A stretch of DNA of 64,000 nucleotides from Octopus sinensis. Lineage: Eukaryota. The notes under the pieces were generated by a model. It had not been told where the DNA came from, did no database searches, and was given only the letters and a program-made list of their open reading frames with translations. Of the stretch, positions 12,851-26,816 are shown piece after piece. Where the stretch lies: assembly GCF_006345805.1 (NCBI RefSeq), contig NC_043006.1, positions 7,316,001 to 7,380,000 on the forward strand, given 5' to 3'. How positions within the stretch are numbered: position 1 is the first letter of the stretch; each line of letters starts with the position of its first letter. The translations under genes and the position numbers were made by a program.

Positions 12851-15001
12851 TTAGATACTATCTCTATCAAGGTCGTCCCACAGGATGCCCCAACATAGAT
12901 ATATAGATATAGATATATATGCATATATTCACGCGCATACAACTGCACCTATATTTCTGTGATGTATGCGTGTAATGTATATGTAGTATTGTCAAGTATT
13001 TGAATATTCTAGAATGAAATCGTATATTCGTTAAGGCATATTGATACATTTTAGTTATAAAAGGAAAAACGCAAACTAGCGGGTATCATGGATACCTTCC
13101 TGCAGTTATTTCTTGTCTCTTTCGTTGATATTAGATACAAGTCTGCATTCACTGTTGCATTCTACCATTTCTACTGGACTAACGTTGGAACTGGATACCA
13201 AATAAGGAATTTCCCCAAACAAATGTTCCCAGTCAAATGTCTCGTTAATCTGTGACTCTACCAGCGGGAAAACTGGTACATTCCAATTTATTGTGTAATC
13301 AGAATATAACAAATGTTGTACCCATTGTGAGATGGAGTTGTCACATAATCAGAATGTACAAAATATATACAAAATTGCGTCATAATATAACACTGCATTA
13401 TTTATTGTAGGTGACATAAAATGGATTTTCATATCAAATAAATAATTAACTATATATAACAAATACTAAATAACCCTCCACCAATTGAAAGGGAACTTTT
13501 ACCATGCTACTTCTGTACTTAGACTCCAAATGGAGCAAACTAATTAAAAGAAGCGGTCTTTTTTCAATAATTTGCATTTACAGCCACCATGAGATTAATA
13601 TGATATGATATCATTTAAAATCTGTATATGTGATAAAAAAACAATAGGACATAATAAACAAAGCTATTATCAGTATCAGTTTTAGTATCATAGTCATGTT
13701 ACCATGTTACTTCCAGAGAAAAATGAACTGATAAAAATCTCATAGTTTTACAAGTTTCAATTTCTCTTCCTAAAGTTGTGAAGATCAGTGACTGAGATAC
13801 GTTTCTCTCTTGGGTAGAAATGCGATATAGCATCTTTGGGGTACCTCCTTGCTAAAGCAATTTCAAATTACCCCATGATCAAATTCCGATATTGGAGCAT
13901 TAAACGTATTGTTACACTATAACCGTTCGTTATAACAACGTAAAACTAGGAGATTTAAAAACAGTGGCCATGTTACACGGAAACAGAAATTGCGTTGCGT
14001 TTCTCTAACAAAAAATTGCCGTAAAGATGCAAAAATGGCTGAATTTCCGGAGTTTCTTAATGCAAACTTCATTTAATATTCCAAATGCTCACATAGACAG
14101 AAGGCATAAAGGACAGATGAACAGCCAGTTGATGGTTTCCGTAAGTAGCTAGTATGGAGAAATTGTTAACATTCGAAGTAAGGAAACTTACCAAATGGAA
14201 ATTGGAGCTGAAAATGAACCACTGAATGTCATTATGTTGCTTTGCAAAATCGAACACCAATTTCATAAAATTCCTCTAGATTTACCTCTAGAAAAATTCT
14301 AGAAAAATACATCACTACATCTCTTTCAGAACATGTGTGCTCTAGAAAAACATTTCGCTCACGCATACATCTCTATCATGTGACATTACATTTACATAAC
14401 ATGGCTTCAAAAAACAAAAACGGTGCTCAGATAATTCTCGTTTACAAAATAAATCCAGGAGGATAGACGTTATATATGTAAGGCAAGCTGATGTACTCAG
14501 ATTGTGTTAGTATCAACATCCTGCATCACTGGACGTTCTCAGACTTTCACCTAAAGGTCTTTATCAGCGATTCACTTGTGGATTGAACGATATGCCCAAT
14601 AGCTCGAGAAATAGCTATGCTATGCTCCGTAACCATTGGATCTATTATGAAATTACAGTATTGAAAGGACCTTGACGCAAACGTAAAAGCTAAACAATAG
14701 GGCTGACAAATCGATAATACCAATGATTTTCCCATTCTGAATGTTAAAGAGCTCAGAAACTAACAGAGTTTCTTGCGATTATCAAATAAAATTTCATGAT
14801 TGATTGTAGTACTAAACGCAGTTCCTGTAGAAAATTTTGCATAAACGTTTCCCCTGCTACAGACAGTACCTTGATGTTTGTGATAACACAAAAGTCACTG
14901 AAATTTCTGCGAAAGTTAGGACATCTACCGACATGCAACGATTCCGTTTTCATGGACAAATAAAATCCTCTAAATCATGTATCTATCCGTAGCTACAGAA
15001 G

Positions 15002-15060
<59 letters not shown>

Positions 15061-15133
15061 CATACAAATACACCATACGCATGTACATACAGACACATAT
15101 ACACGTGTATATAATGTTTATTTGCAATATTAG

Positions 15134-15320
15134 GATATGGAACAATTTATTGCTTTACTATATAACATTAAAGAATGTGATGTCAGTGAAAATTTGCTGG
15201 TTTCAATCTGTTTGGATTCAGAAAAATTAGATCTTCCAATATTTGGAGTTTCAAGACAATCTATGTATTACAAGAGTCATTCAGTATTCGCTGGCGGAAC
15301 AGACTTGGTTCAAATGAATA
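15134..15320 (+). CDS. Candidate internal coding exon of an unidentified gene
   Basis: TTTGCAATATTAG acceptor, open frame DMEQFIALLYNIKECDVSENLLVSICLDSEKLDLPIFGVSRQSMYYKSHSVFAGGTDLVQMN, donor A|GTGAGT; no family recognised. Confidence 0.3.
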
Positions 15321-18189
15321 GTGAGTTGCATCGTTTACGTTACAGATTTATGATACAATGAATGTGACAAATATAGTTAACTCTCATCACTTCATAACAT
15401 CTCGTTATGTCTACTACAGGTTGTGAAATTGAGCGTTCATTAAATTTCACAAAATTTTTGTTTGATTAGTTTATAGAATTCTTCTCACTTTATGAGCTGA
15501 GAAGTAGATACATGTAGTGCTTCAAACTAGACACATTACTTAAAAGTGAAATATCCTATATTGCCCTTGGAATATAATGTTTTAATGTGATCTACCTCAC
15601 CATGTATCGCAGATGTTTTTTTATCGTTATTATATACTGCGGCCTCAAAGTGTTAAAATTTTATGCACTCAAATACAGCAGACGAATTATTCAGACATTT
15701 GTAAATAATAATTCTTTTTGATCCAGGTTTTATATTCATGAGAATTTACAGATGGCTGTGTACTTTGATTTCTTAGTACGTAGATATAAAAAAAAAACTT
15801 AAGAAATTGTAATTATTAAATATCAAAAATTAACATTTATGATATTTTGAATAGTTTTTAAAGAGGAAATGCAATGCATCTCCTGCCTATTATATATTCC
15901 CATTTACTTAGAATAGTTGTTAGTCATTTATATGTCTATATCCATTTATAAAAATGCCATCTAAATTTATACGTTTGAATTCAACGCGCATAGGCATTCT
16001 ATACAGACTCACCAACAGATTCATGGGTGTGTGTGTGCGTGCAAGAATACATGCATAATTATAGATACATATGTATATGCATATACATAATATTATATTA
16101 TATAAATATACATATTGTCAAGTACAGAGCACCCACTGGTCTTATGTATGCATGCGTATATGTATGTGTGACGAGATGTATAATGTATATTACACGCACA
16201 AACACACACACATACATACATGCATATGTATATGTGTGTATGTGCGTATAATATACATCATATATTTATAGAGAGAGAGGGAAGAGTTGGAGAGAGACAC
16301 ATATATATACACGGCCCTTGATTGCAATGCACTTGGAAAATCGTACTTTTCGTTTTCGCGGCCAGTAATGAAGAATCGTGATTAGAATCCATTCTCTACT
16401 GGATAAGCTATATACAGCATGTCTAATGCTAGTTAATAAAAACTCATAATAACCACAAGGTATTTCGTTATCACAACCGTTCCTAAGTTTTACAAGTATG
16501 AATCATTTGGGGTGGGACAATAATCCTTCGTTACCATTTTGTATTAATATTCCAACGACATGAATGTAATATTACCTAAGTTGGAAAAAAAAAACTATCA
16601 TATAATTAGTGTCTATGTTTTATACTATAACAGCGTCACCTATCTTTTTTAGGATTACTGAAACATACGAGGCCGTAATCGTATAAGTCTGATAAAGTAG
16701 CTTATTTCATTTATGTTTGTTTTTTTTTCAACTGCCACTTATAATGAAGAAACTTATGTTCACACTTAATGCTTTAAAGATTAAATGTACTTTTTATGTT
16801 GACTCCGTTGTTGCTTTCGTTTAAAGCTAGTTGGTGTCAGTAACTTTACGTACTTACATCAACAGATGAACAAATGTTATTTGTTGGACCTTACTGTTTC
16901 CGAATCGATTATTCCTACAAATTATATTCCGGTAGTGCATGATACTGTTACTCCCTAATATGACATTCATATAAGAAGGTTAAATACATTTCAAATCTCA
17001 CTTTCGGGTAAAGTCTCCTTTCTTTTTACCACGTAAAATAACCTAGTTTTCCCGCCAATGTGTACTTGCATCGCCCAAATACATCACTTCATTTGGGATC
17101 ATTAAAAGTAAGTCATTTGCTTTAATTTTGAACACTAAACTTCAAGATAAAGATGAAGAACGTTTGTGTGAATCATCACATATGTAATAAAGCTGATGAC
17201 TTTGATCAAATGATGGGGCAGGTTGAATATCACTGGTGGTCAGAAATTACTGTTTTATACAAATATCAAGTAAAATATGGATTAGGAGCGCTAAGCAGAA
17301 ATGTGTGCATATATAAACTTTTTCTTAGTTCGAATATACTTGAGAAGTATTCGAAGTCGGAAGAAAATCATTCATTGTATTTTGTCACGAAGAAAAGTTT
17401 TCGCTGTGAAAAGTAGGTGGACAACCACAACCTCAAGTTCGATGCATTCCCTACGCATTATTAATGGATGCATAAGATTTGGAGAAGGAATAGCCACCTC
17501 CCCATCAAACATGGGAAAGAGAGAAGCTGCGATCTGACAACGAAAGACCAGTCTCTTTTATATTCATATCTACCTACATTGACACATTGCGCTAGTCAGC
17601 GATCCGGACGTAATAAAATACGGATTTGAAACGCTTAGCAGTGAAATATGTGAACAAAATATAACTCATTACCATTTCAAATATTCTTGAGACATATTCA
17701 AACCCGAAAAAATACCATTCACAGTATTTTGTCATGGGAAAACATCCTCGCTGTAGACAAACAGATTATGAACGGACCAAATAATTCCTAGGCGTTCTCT
17801 ACCAAGATTAATAGCTGCATGCATTCCAGCGCAGTTATCTCCATTCGGCATCAAACACTGAAAAGGGAGGAACTGAGTTCATTTAATCAAATATGAAAGA
17901 GGCTCTTTAAATATTACATAGATGATTAAAAAAATAAACAATAAGAAGTTAAAATAAATTTTTAACAAATTTGGTTCGAGCAATTGAATAAACAGAAAAT
18001 TTGATGAGCGTGCCTGATGGCAGATGATGATACGAAACATGGAAGCTATGATCAATGTTTTCCTTAAGCAAGTTTATATGTATACCACTAAATTCTACTG
18101 AGTGTTGGTTCACTTTAATATTAATATTAAACAGTTTTTATATATTGCTATATAAAAAAAAAGATTCAGCTAGATAGATCTCCTTTTTT

Positions 18190-18350
18190 CTCTCCTTGGT
18201 TCTCTCCTTGTTTGTTCTGCGTCCCTTTCTGTAGAAGAGCGTAGGCTCGAAACGTAAAAGACTTTTTCTATTCCTGAGTGTTATACTAATACTTATGTTT
18301 GTTTTGTACACCACCTCTCTTCGTCTTTTGTTTTTTTCGTAAACTCTCCT
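18190..18350 (+). mobile_element. Penelope-like terminal-repeat remnant
   Basis: Contains a hammerhead-like motif; its 3' part TGTTTGTTTTGTACACCACCT..GTAAACTCTCC recurs at ~22740-22800. Confidence 0.55.
18225..18260 (+). ncRNA. Minimal type I hammerhead-like motif (variant core)
   Basis: CTTT-CTGTAGA-A-GAGC(GTAG)GCTC-GAAA-CG-TA-AAAG: stem I CTTT/AAAG, stem II GAGC/GCTC, palindromic ACGT stem III; core differs from CTGANGA. Confidence 0.45.
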
Positions 18351-18416
18351 AGATAAATAGATAGATGGTTATGTATGTAAGTATGTATGTATGTATGCAA
18401 AATTCTCTGTAGTTAT

Positions 18417-18465
<49 letters not shown>

Positions 18466-19324
18466 TCACACACCTACACATATATAAATATATATTCATG
18501 TCAATTTCTACTGAGTTATTTTTCTTTTTTATCCACATACTTTATTTGAATTCATACATCATTTATGTAAGTTTTTTGTGATTCGTACAATTTTGGTAAA
18601 ATTTTCTATGGAAATCGATTGCTAAATTCTAAGATGTTTTATTCATTTGTAGAAACAAATTATATTTATTAGAAAACGTCAGATATTTCTGAAATACATT
18701 ACTACACTTATGTTTTTAATGTCTCATGTTTTTTCGACGAGACTGTAGAAATGATAAATGCCAGATGAAATGCAGTTCATTTCATATTTCTAAATTCAGA
18801 TATAAGTAATCACTGTAAATAATTTTGATTATCACCTCGTGTCTGACTTACAGTATGATATAAAGTTGTAAAGCATGCAATTATATAATAAGGTAATGGA
18901 TTTCGAGGTAACTTTTAATGCGATGGAAAATAGTAGTACAAAAAACAATGCACAAACAAAATATTATTTTGCTATACGAAGAAGATAATATTTCACACAG
19001 GATCGTTTATTTGTGGAATTTGAATTGTTTACTGGTAGTTGTGATTAAACTACAGAGAAGAAGAGAAAGAAAAAAAACATACATTGAATGCTATAAGGGA
19101 AACAGATGTTCGTCAGAGCGCAATGGTAAAATCGATCAAATAACTAACAAGAGTGCACGAAAATAAGAAGTCCCCTTTATTTAAATTGTTCTGGTGTAGA
19201 TCCTTCATGTGTTCGTTCATTTCTAGCAGAACGCTTGTAACAAACATTTGCCTTAAAACAGTTGCAACATGTAGAAATATCTCCTCTTACCATCATAGAC
19301 AAATACTCGATCACATGTGGGCAT

Positions 19325-19642
19325 AAGCGTCGGACTTGGTAAACACCCACAAAGTTATCAACCACCTCACCAACAACAACACTGAACACCTTTTTGATCT
19401 CCATGTGTCTAACAGACGTGGACATGCCTACAAAGTCAGAAAACAACACAGCTCCCATGACTTTCGGAAACATTTTTTCACGCTCAGAGTTGCTGAAGCA
19501 TGGAATAAACTGCCTGCGTCAGTTGTTGACTGCCATGACACTGCATCCTTTAAGGCCCTCATGCTTTCCGAAATCCGCCGAAACTACACCTGATTATATA
19601 TACACTTTAGATGAGTTGTAGTGCACCTGAGCACTGTACACA

Positions 19643-19672
<30 letters not shown>
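19325..19672 (+). mobile_element. CR1-clade LINE 3' fragment
   Basis: ORF ..RGHAYKVRKQHSSHDFRKHFFTLRVAEAWNKLPASVV.. is a typical CR1 ORF2 C-terminus; short 3' UTR and (ATT)n tail. Confidence 0.85.
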
Positions 19673-19675
<3 letters not shown>

Positions 19676-20021
19676 AATATAGAACTTGTGAACAGTAACA
19701 AATACCCAATTAATGTTGCAATTATCCCAAAAAGCAATCCCCCAGACAAAAACTAATCCATCATCATCATTGTTCCACATTTTCACATCTCCAAATCGTA
19801 AGACTCAGGAAATTTTATTACTCTCAGAACTAAAAGTTCCCAGTTGTACCATTCTACTGACGGGAGAAATTTTGTGTCTTAACTTGCTATTATCCACTTG
19901 CGTTGAAAATACTCAACGGCCGCTGGCAAATTACCTTCTATGATTCCAATATATACACAACGACATTCCCAGAAATGGCGATTTATGCGTCTATATATAT
20001 ATATGTGTGTGTGCATGTATG

Positions 20022-20077
<56 letters not shown>

Positions 20078-20079
20078 TA

Positions 20080-20128
<49 letters not shown>

Positions 20129-20305
20129 TACCTATATATATATATCAATATATATAAAATTAGGGAGTACAATATATATATATATATATAATAATAATAA
20201 TATTAGGGAGAATAAAAATATATATTATTTGTTATTTATGTATTGGTTATGTCTCTCACTGTTTGAGTTGCATAATAGTGGTTTTATCTCTAATTTATAT
20301 TTTAC

Positions 20306-20379
<74 letters not shown>

Positions 20380-20604
20380 ATGCATAAATACATACACACA
20401 CATATACACATATATAAATAAATAAACATACATACACACACATACCGCGTACATGAGTAGAGCAGTATGGCTAAACTCTACTTAGAAGTTATTTGGCGAT
20501 TCTTGGTGGCTACAAAGGACATTGACCTAAATGTGGGACGGCGTGGGTCGAAGCTAAATGCAGGAACGCGTAAATAGAACTAGTTAACTACACACCAGTT
20601 TTGG

Positions 20605-20654
<50 letters not shown>

Positions 20655-21066
20655 TGTAATCTATTTATTCAGCAATATCAGTACCTATTTCATCTTTCTC
20701 CGATGGAGATTCCTGCTCTAAATGTTAATTTATTATTGATATAATTTTTAATTAATATGATTTATAATTAATATACAAATTTATTCCAGTTTTCGAACTT
20801 GGGTTCTGAGATCAGTTGTGTCCATCTGTTGCAAAAATAAAGTTTATTCGAAGATAGGAAATCAATAGCCTCCATGACGCATTCTCCAAATAACGGTTAC
20901 AATATATCAATTTCAACGTTGAATATGTTAACGTATAATAGTTACTATAACAAATTGTAGTAACTGTTGGTTTCACAACCCACATTGTTTATTCGTATAC
21001 AGTTGAGATGTCATTTCATTCAATATTGCGTTCTAGGAGAAAGCTGGTAACGATATATTTTATATC

Positions 21067-21481
21067 TATTTCTTTACTACTCACAAGGGGCTAAACACAG
21101 AGGGGACAAACAAGGACAGACAAACGGATTGAGTCGATTATATCGACACCAGTGCGTAACTGGTACTTATTTAATCGACCCCGAAAGGATGAAAGGCAAA
21201 GTCAACCTCAACGGAATTTGAACTCAGAACGTAGCAACAGACGAAATACCTATTTCTTTACTACCCACAAGGGGCTAAACACAGAGGGAATAAACAGGGA
21301 AAGACAAACGGATGAAGTCGATTATATCGACACCAGTGCGTAACTGGTACTTATTTAATCGACCCCGAAAGGATGAAAGGCAAAGTCGACCTCGGCGGAA
21401 TTTGAACTCAGAACGTAACAGCGGACGAAATACCGCTAAGCATTTCGCGCGGTGTGCTAACTTTTCTGCCAGCTCGCCGCC
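21067..21481 (-). mobile_element. SINE family B, form with duplicated 3' part
   Basis: Head plus two body units joined at AAAGAAATA-GGTATTTCGTC; flanking ATATATTTTTATATC duplication. Confidence 0.92.
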
Positions 21482-21767
21482 TTTATAGCAATATATTTTA
21501 TATCAATAGCGAAGACATAAATGCATGTGAATTTTCGTTTAAATGGTTAATATGAATTCGGGTCAGATGACGTTTATTATACACATCAATACACGTCTGT
21601 GAATGGTTTTATACAGAAACATATACGTACACATACATATGTGTGTGTGCTTGTGTGCGCGCATGTGTGTATATATATAGGTGTGTGTATATGTGTGGTG
21701 TGTGTGTGTGTGTAAGTTCACATACATGTATACATACGTATTATTTATATTTTATATCTACATATCT

Positions 21768-21922
21768 ACTTAGCGGTTCGGCAAAAGAGACAGATGGAAT
21801 AAGTACTGGGCTTACAAAGATTAAGTCCCGGGGTCGATTGCTCAACTAAAGGCGGTGCTCCAGTATGGCCGCAGTCAAATGACTGAAACAAGTAAAAGAG
21901 TAAAGAGTAAAGAGTAAAGAGT
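21768..21922 (+). mobile_element. SINE family A, 3' fragment
   Basis: Body match with (GTAAAGA)n tail. Confidence 0.9.
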
Positions 21923-22436
21923 ATATATTTATGTGTGTATGTATGTATGTATGTCTGCAGGCAGGTATGTACGTTAATGTATCTACATATTTCGAGTCAT
22001 ATTTAGAACAGAATCGCTGACTGAAGGCGGACAGAAAAAATGTCGCTCCAAATCCTTGTTTTGTATTTTGTTAATGTATCTGTGTAAATGGAGACACGAA
22101 TAGGTGTCACGTATAAAGCATAACAATGAAGTGATTCCAAGGAGTGTTATTTTGAAAGTAGTTAATATGTAGATATCAGATCTTTGCGCTATAGATAAAA
22201 AGGAACGTTATCGGCCTCATTTAACACACTGCAAAATATTTCGAAAATAGTATTTTGAAATGTGTTAACTGAGGAAGATATTACGTACGAGATGAATTTC
22301 CTTTTCAACTATTGTGCAATGATCTGAAACGTACGTATTATAAGCATTCAAAATATTGTTATACGTTAAACATGCATGTATGTGTGTGGACAAAGACATA
22401 TAAGCGTAGACATATGTATACATACGTATATATATA

Positions 22437-22680
22437 TATATATTGTTATATTTCGGAATGGTCATATTGCCAGTTTAGCCAATAAAAACACACGCACTAT
22501 ATATTTGGTGTTACTTTGCTTCAGTGTTATTTATTTTTTACATTAATCTTAATCTTATTTCGGCCAGAGTTTAATGTAAAAAATAAATAATAATGAAGCA
22601 AAATAACACCAAATATATAGTGCGTGTGTTTTTATTGGCTAAACTGGCAACATGACCATTCCGAAATATAACAATATATG
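22437..22680. repeat. Long foldback (~105-bp arms, ~25-nt spacer)
   Basis: TATATTGTTATATTTCGGAATGGTCA..TTTTTTACATTAA pairs with TTAATGTAAAAAA..TGACCATTCCGAAATATAACAATATA with few mismatches. Confidence 0.9.
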
Positions 22681-22694
22681 TTTCAACACACGAC

Positions 22695-22735
<41 letters not shown>

Positions 22736-22799
22736 TATTACATCTGTTTGTTTTGTACACCACCTGTCTTCGTCTTTTGTTTTTTTCGTAAACTCTCCC

Positions 22800-22863
<64 letters not shown>

Positions 22864-23329
22864 ATTATATATATATATACACGCATACATATATACATGC
22901 ATATATATACATACATACATATATATATGTGTTGAACCGTTAATCCCTGCTCGTTTGTTTCTCTCTTCGATTTTTTCTTCATCTCAATCTTTTCTGCCAA
23001 AGAGTGTAGGCTAGAAAGGACAAAGCTTCCCCATTCTTTTCAAGCGTTAAATCTATATACCAGCTTTTTATTCTTTCACATGTTTTCTATTTATATTTAA
23101 ACCAAATTTTCTCAAAACCATTTGTCCGACCGTCCTTAGGCCTCTTCTTTCAGAAACACTGATTTAATCTAAATTTGAGACACCAGCAAAAGAAGAAATA
23201 AAGATAGATTTTTTTCTATTCCAAAGAAAAACGATTTTATTCACAGAAATATGCAAGCGAAGAATTTAAAGTACCAGTAATGATAAAGCTGTTGACTGGG
23301 AGAACACAAACATAGTTTAAACAGTAAGC

Positions 23330-23545
23330 TTGGGAGGAAAGAAACATGCATTTAAGCAGTACAAAAACAACAAAAAATGGAAGGTGCAGTTATGCATTCT
23401 CACATGGAATCGATTTTTGTAATTTTGTCAAGACTTATACACGCCCTGATATTGTCGGTATCTACATATCAAATCAGAGCGCAATCGGATGGAGGATCCC
23501 CGAGAAGGTACACACACACAGACAGAACGGATTTTATATAAGAGA
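23330..23545 (-). mobile_element. Possible non-autonomous Helitron, 5' part
   Basis: Minus strand begins A|TCTCTTATATAAAATCCGTTCTGTCTGTGTGTG, like the 5' ends of other Helitrons here; 3' end not found, lower bound approximate. Confidence 0.4.
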
Positions 23546-24879
23546 TAATTAGAGAAATGTAAGTCTACAACGTAAGCTCTTTGCAGAGAATGGAGTTGTT
23601 GAATTTGACAATCATCTAAGGAATACTGCATATCCTATGCAATAAGCAACATATGTGGCAATTAACTGTGAGAGTAGATATGTAATTCTCCATCTTATAT
23701 GCGAAGTGGACTTCGCAATAATTTTGTGGTAGTTGCGCCCTTTGGCGTATATTTACGGCATCTGTACACTAATAGAGCGTCATTGAAAATATACTAGTTT
23801 CGGCAATAACGTTTTGTTAGTGTTCCAAAACAAAGACTCTTAAAATTGATTCAGGGTTACTATTTTGATTGCCAAAACCACCGGTGTATTGGTATACCTG
23901 TATATTAATTGAATATTATTATAAACTGGAACTACATTCATATAGAAACATTCATGATATTTATATCAATAAAGAATAACTGATAATATATATTAGTTAC
24001 GTGTTCGGAAAATATTCTGAATTTAATTTAGAATATTGAATACCAGAAAATACCAAAGGGTTGAAATTGTCAATTTAGTTGCAAAAGCTATTTTATGACA
24101 GAAGAAAACCTGAATGGAATCGTATCCATAAGGGTTAATAAAAATCAATAATGAAACGCAGAGAATTTTGTTACCGAGAGATACACTACCATAGATTATA
24201 TCTCCATGTTATCTATGTGGGGCACGTCAGTTAAGCTCAAAGTAAACCGCGGTCACATTTCCGCTACGTTCGCCCGTTAAAGTTATTTCACTTCACTTAC
24301 GTCGTTAAAGTTTTTGTGAAATGCCTGAGCGGCGCAGAATCCTATTTCTACTCCAATACACATCCAAGTTTTATGGCTAAGAAAGAAATCAATATTTCCT
24401 TATAGAGGTGATGGGCTTCGGTTAGATCTATTATACGTCGTGTCTGGCGTGGATTCAAGTGTGTTCATACACAAAATAACGGATGTTTCAAATTAAATTG
24501 AATTCAGAGACACGAAATTATGTTCTGACACAAATGTAATTAAACAAAATTCAGTGTCTAATTAACGGGATTGTGTACAAACATTACCAAGTAGATACGT
24601 TGTAATTAGATAAATATATAATTCTCGTGCTGATATCAACACAAAGTTATTTATTCTGGAAATTTCCTATACTTACTCGCACGTAATGTATATACACCCT
24701 CATACACCCCCCACACACACTCACAAACGCCACACACACACACACAATTCACACAAGCACACTCAAACACACGAATATACGTGTACGTATGTTTTATGTA
24801 TGTTTGTACGTCTATACATATATGTATGTGAGTGTGCGCGCGCGTATGTGTGTTTATGTATGTATATGTATGTATGTAT

Positions 24880-24932
24880 GTATCTATATAAGTATGTACG
24901 TATGTATGTATGTATGTACGTATGTATGTATG

Positions 24933-24966
<34 letters not shown>

Positions 24967-24995
24967 TGTATGTATGTATGTATGTATGTATGTAT
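24880..24995. repeat. (TATG)n microsatellite
   Basis: Direct inspection. Confidence 0.95.
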
Positions 24996-25500
24996 TTCTG
25001 TATATATGTATGATTGCCGATTCGCGTCTGAATGCATAGGAAAAAACTTCACTTACGAAGCAATAGTTTCCATCATTTTCAGAAAAAATTAAAATTCTTT
25101 CGGGAATAAAGTATTACAAAAATTGTTCGTATTCAAAGGTCCCAAAAGATTGAACTAGATTCATGAAAATTGTTGGTATAAGACTGATGACTATAATGGG
25201 GTTTTCTTGCTTCCCACAATTCTTTTCATATTTACACACAACAGATGCATACAGCCACACTTGCTCACCTATATCTGCTACACAACAATGTATATATATT
25301 CTTATTCTTAAATGTACTTATAAAAATGTATATACGTATACATTCATAGAAAGAAATACACATATACGTATAAAGATATATACATATACATACATATATA
25401 TATATATAGAGAGAGAGAGAGACAGACAGACACAGTCAGAGGTACATATACTCATACATACATATATGTGTGCCTGTATGTATATACATATATATATATA

Positions 25501-25970
25501 TGGCAAATACGAAAATGGAGAGGATACAAAACGACATACATCAACCGGTAGACATTCCAGTGTGTTTATTTATTCCAAAGCATTGGAAAGTATAAGAAGA
25601 AAACATACAGGTGTAGTAACTATGTGTTATATACACATGTATTAATATTACAGAAAAGAGCAGAAGATCAGTTCCTTACGGCCGTTTCTGCTAAGAGGCC
25701 ACGAAATCCTCCATCCCATCTCCATCCCTTCAGTGCTCTGTAGCGATGGGCAGATAAGGTTTGGAAGATGACTGTGTCTCTAGGCTTCTTCAGAGGGTCT
25801 AAGTGGTTAGAAGGTCTAATATATATGATAAGCAGTTAACAATAGGTACAGTGTATTTGTCATTATTGAAAAGAGCAGAAAAAGAATTGGAGCAAACATG
25901 AGGCTGTGAGAGAAGTACAGCTTATTAAAATGAATCAGGTAAGGAAGGGGAAATAAGTTACCAACTTCCT
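25501..25970 (-). mobile_element. Dispersed ~470-bp repeat, possibly Penelope-like (copy 1)
   Basis: Reverse complement of 31140-31611 with few differences; carries GAAACGGCCGTA half-hammerhead; one end abuts (TA)n. Confidence 0.75.
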
Positions 25971-26776
25971 GTGATGTATTCCAGGATCCATGTTACTTCG
26001 TCCAATAGTGGATAGGTGAGTATAGAATTACAGACAGCGGTATGTATGTTCCTGCATCCTTAGTTATTACTGTAACTGTTGATTAAGTCCATGACAGTTA
26101 GACCGCAGTAAACAACCGTGACCATCGCATTACATTTTCCTGGAAATCTATTTTCAATACGCTGCGAAGTTATAAGTTATCCTGAAGAAGAGTTGTTTGC
26201 TATATCTCTGGCCTCAGAGGGACATTCGCCACCTCGTTTGTTTATCTAGATCTTCACGAACATGAGATTAATTTTCCCCGAAAATTGAAAGTTAGAATGT
26301 AATAATCTGACACCGTTTGTAATTACTATAAAGAGCTTAATCATTACTTTCCAACAAATAGCTACTGCCGAAAGTAAAATATTTTAGTTAAAATATATTC
26401 ATCTCAGGAATCCGACTAAACGATCAATGATGTACTCGGTATCATAGAAGCGATATAGAAAATGCAGTATACACACGAAGAAGCAATATGCACGATGCAG
26501 TGATAAATGCAACAGAGCGATGTATAGTATAAAGTGATATTTATGATGATACGATATATAAGGGGTTTTAAATTACATGGTTGTCAGACTTGTATGCTTT
26601 TGATCACGAATCAGTCTTTACATTGGTATAATTAATATCGTTTGCTTCAACATTCTTAGACGTTAATTAACAGCTTTTGCCAACATATGGACATACATGT
26701 ATCTATATCTTTCTGCCATTGTGTCTATCTACCGATTTACATTTTCTTATTACTCACTCTCTACCATCTCGAACGT

Positions 26777-26816
<40 letters not shown>

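Noticed and set aside
13585-13612. Perfect Kozak GCCACCATG after an acceptor-like CAG
   Set aside because: The ORF is four codons long.
17047-17060. E2F-like TTTCCCGCC site as a promoter
   Set aside because: Single isolated motif with no supporting context.
19690-19960. Minus-strand hydrophobic stretch (LVFVWGLLFGIIATLIGYLLLF) as a membrane-protein exon
   Set aside because: Preceded by an in-frame stop, lacks clear splice sites and runs into the CR1 tail.
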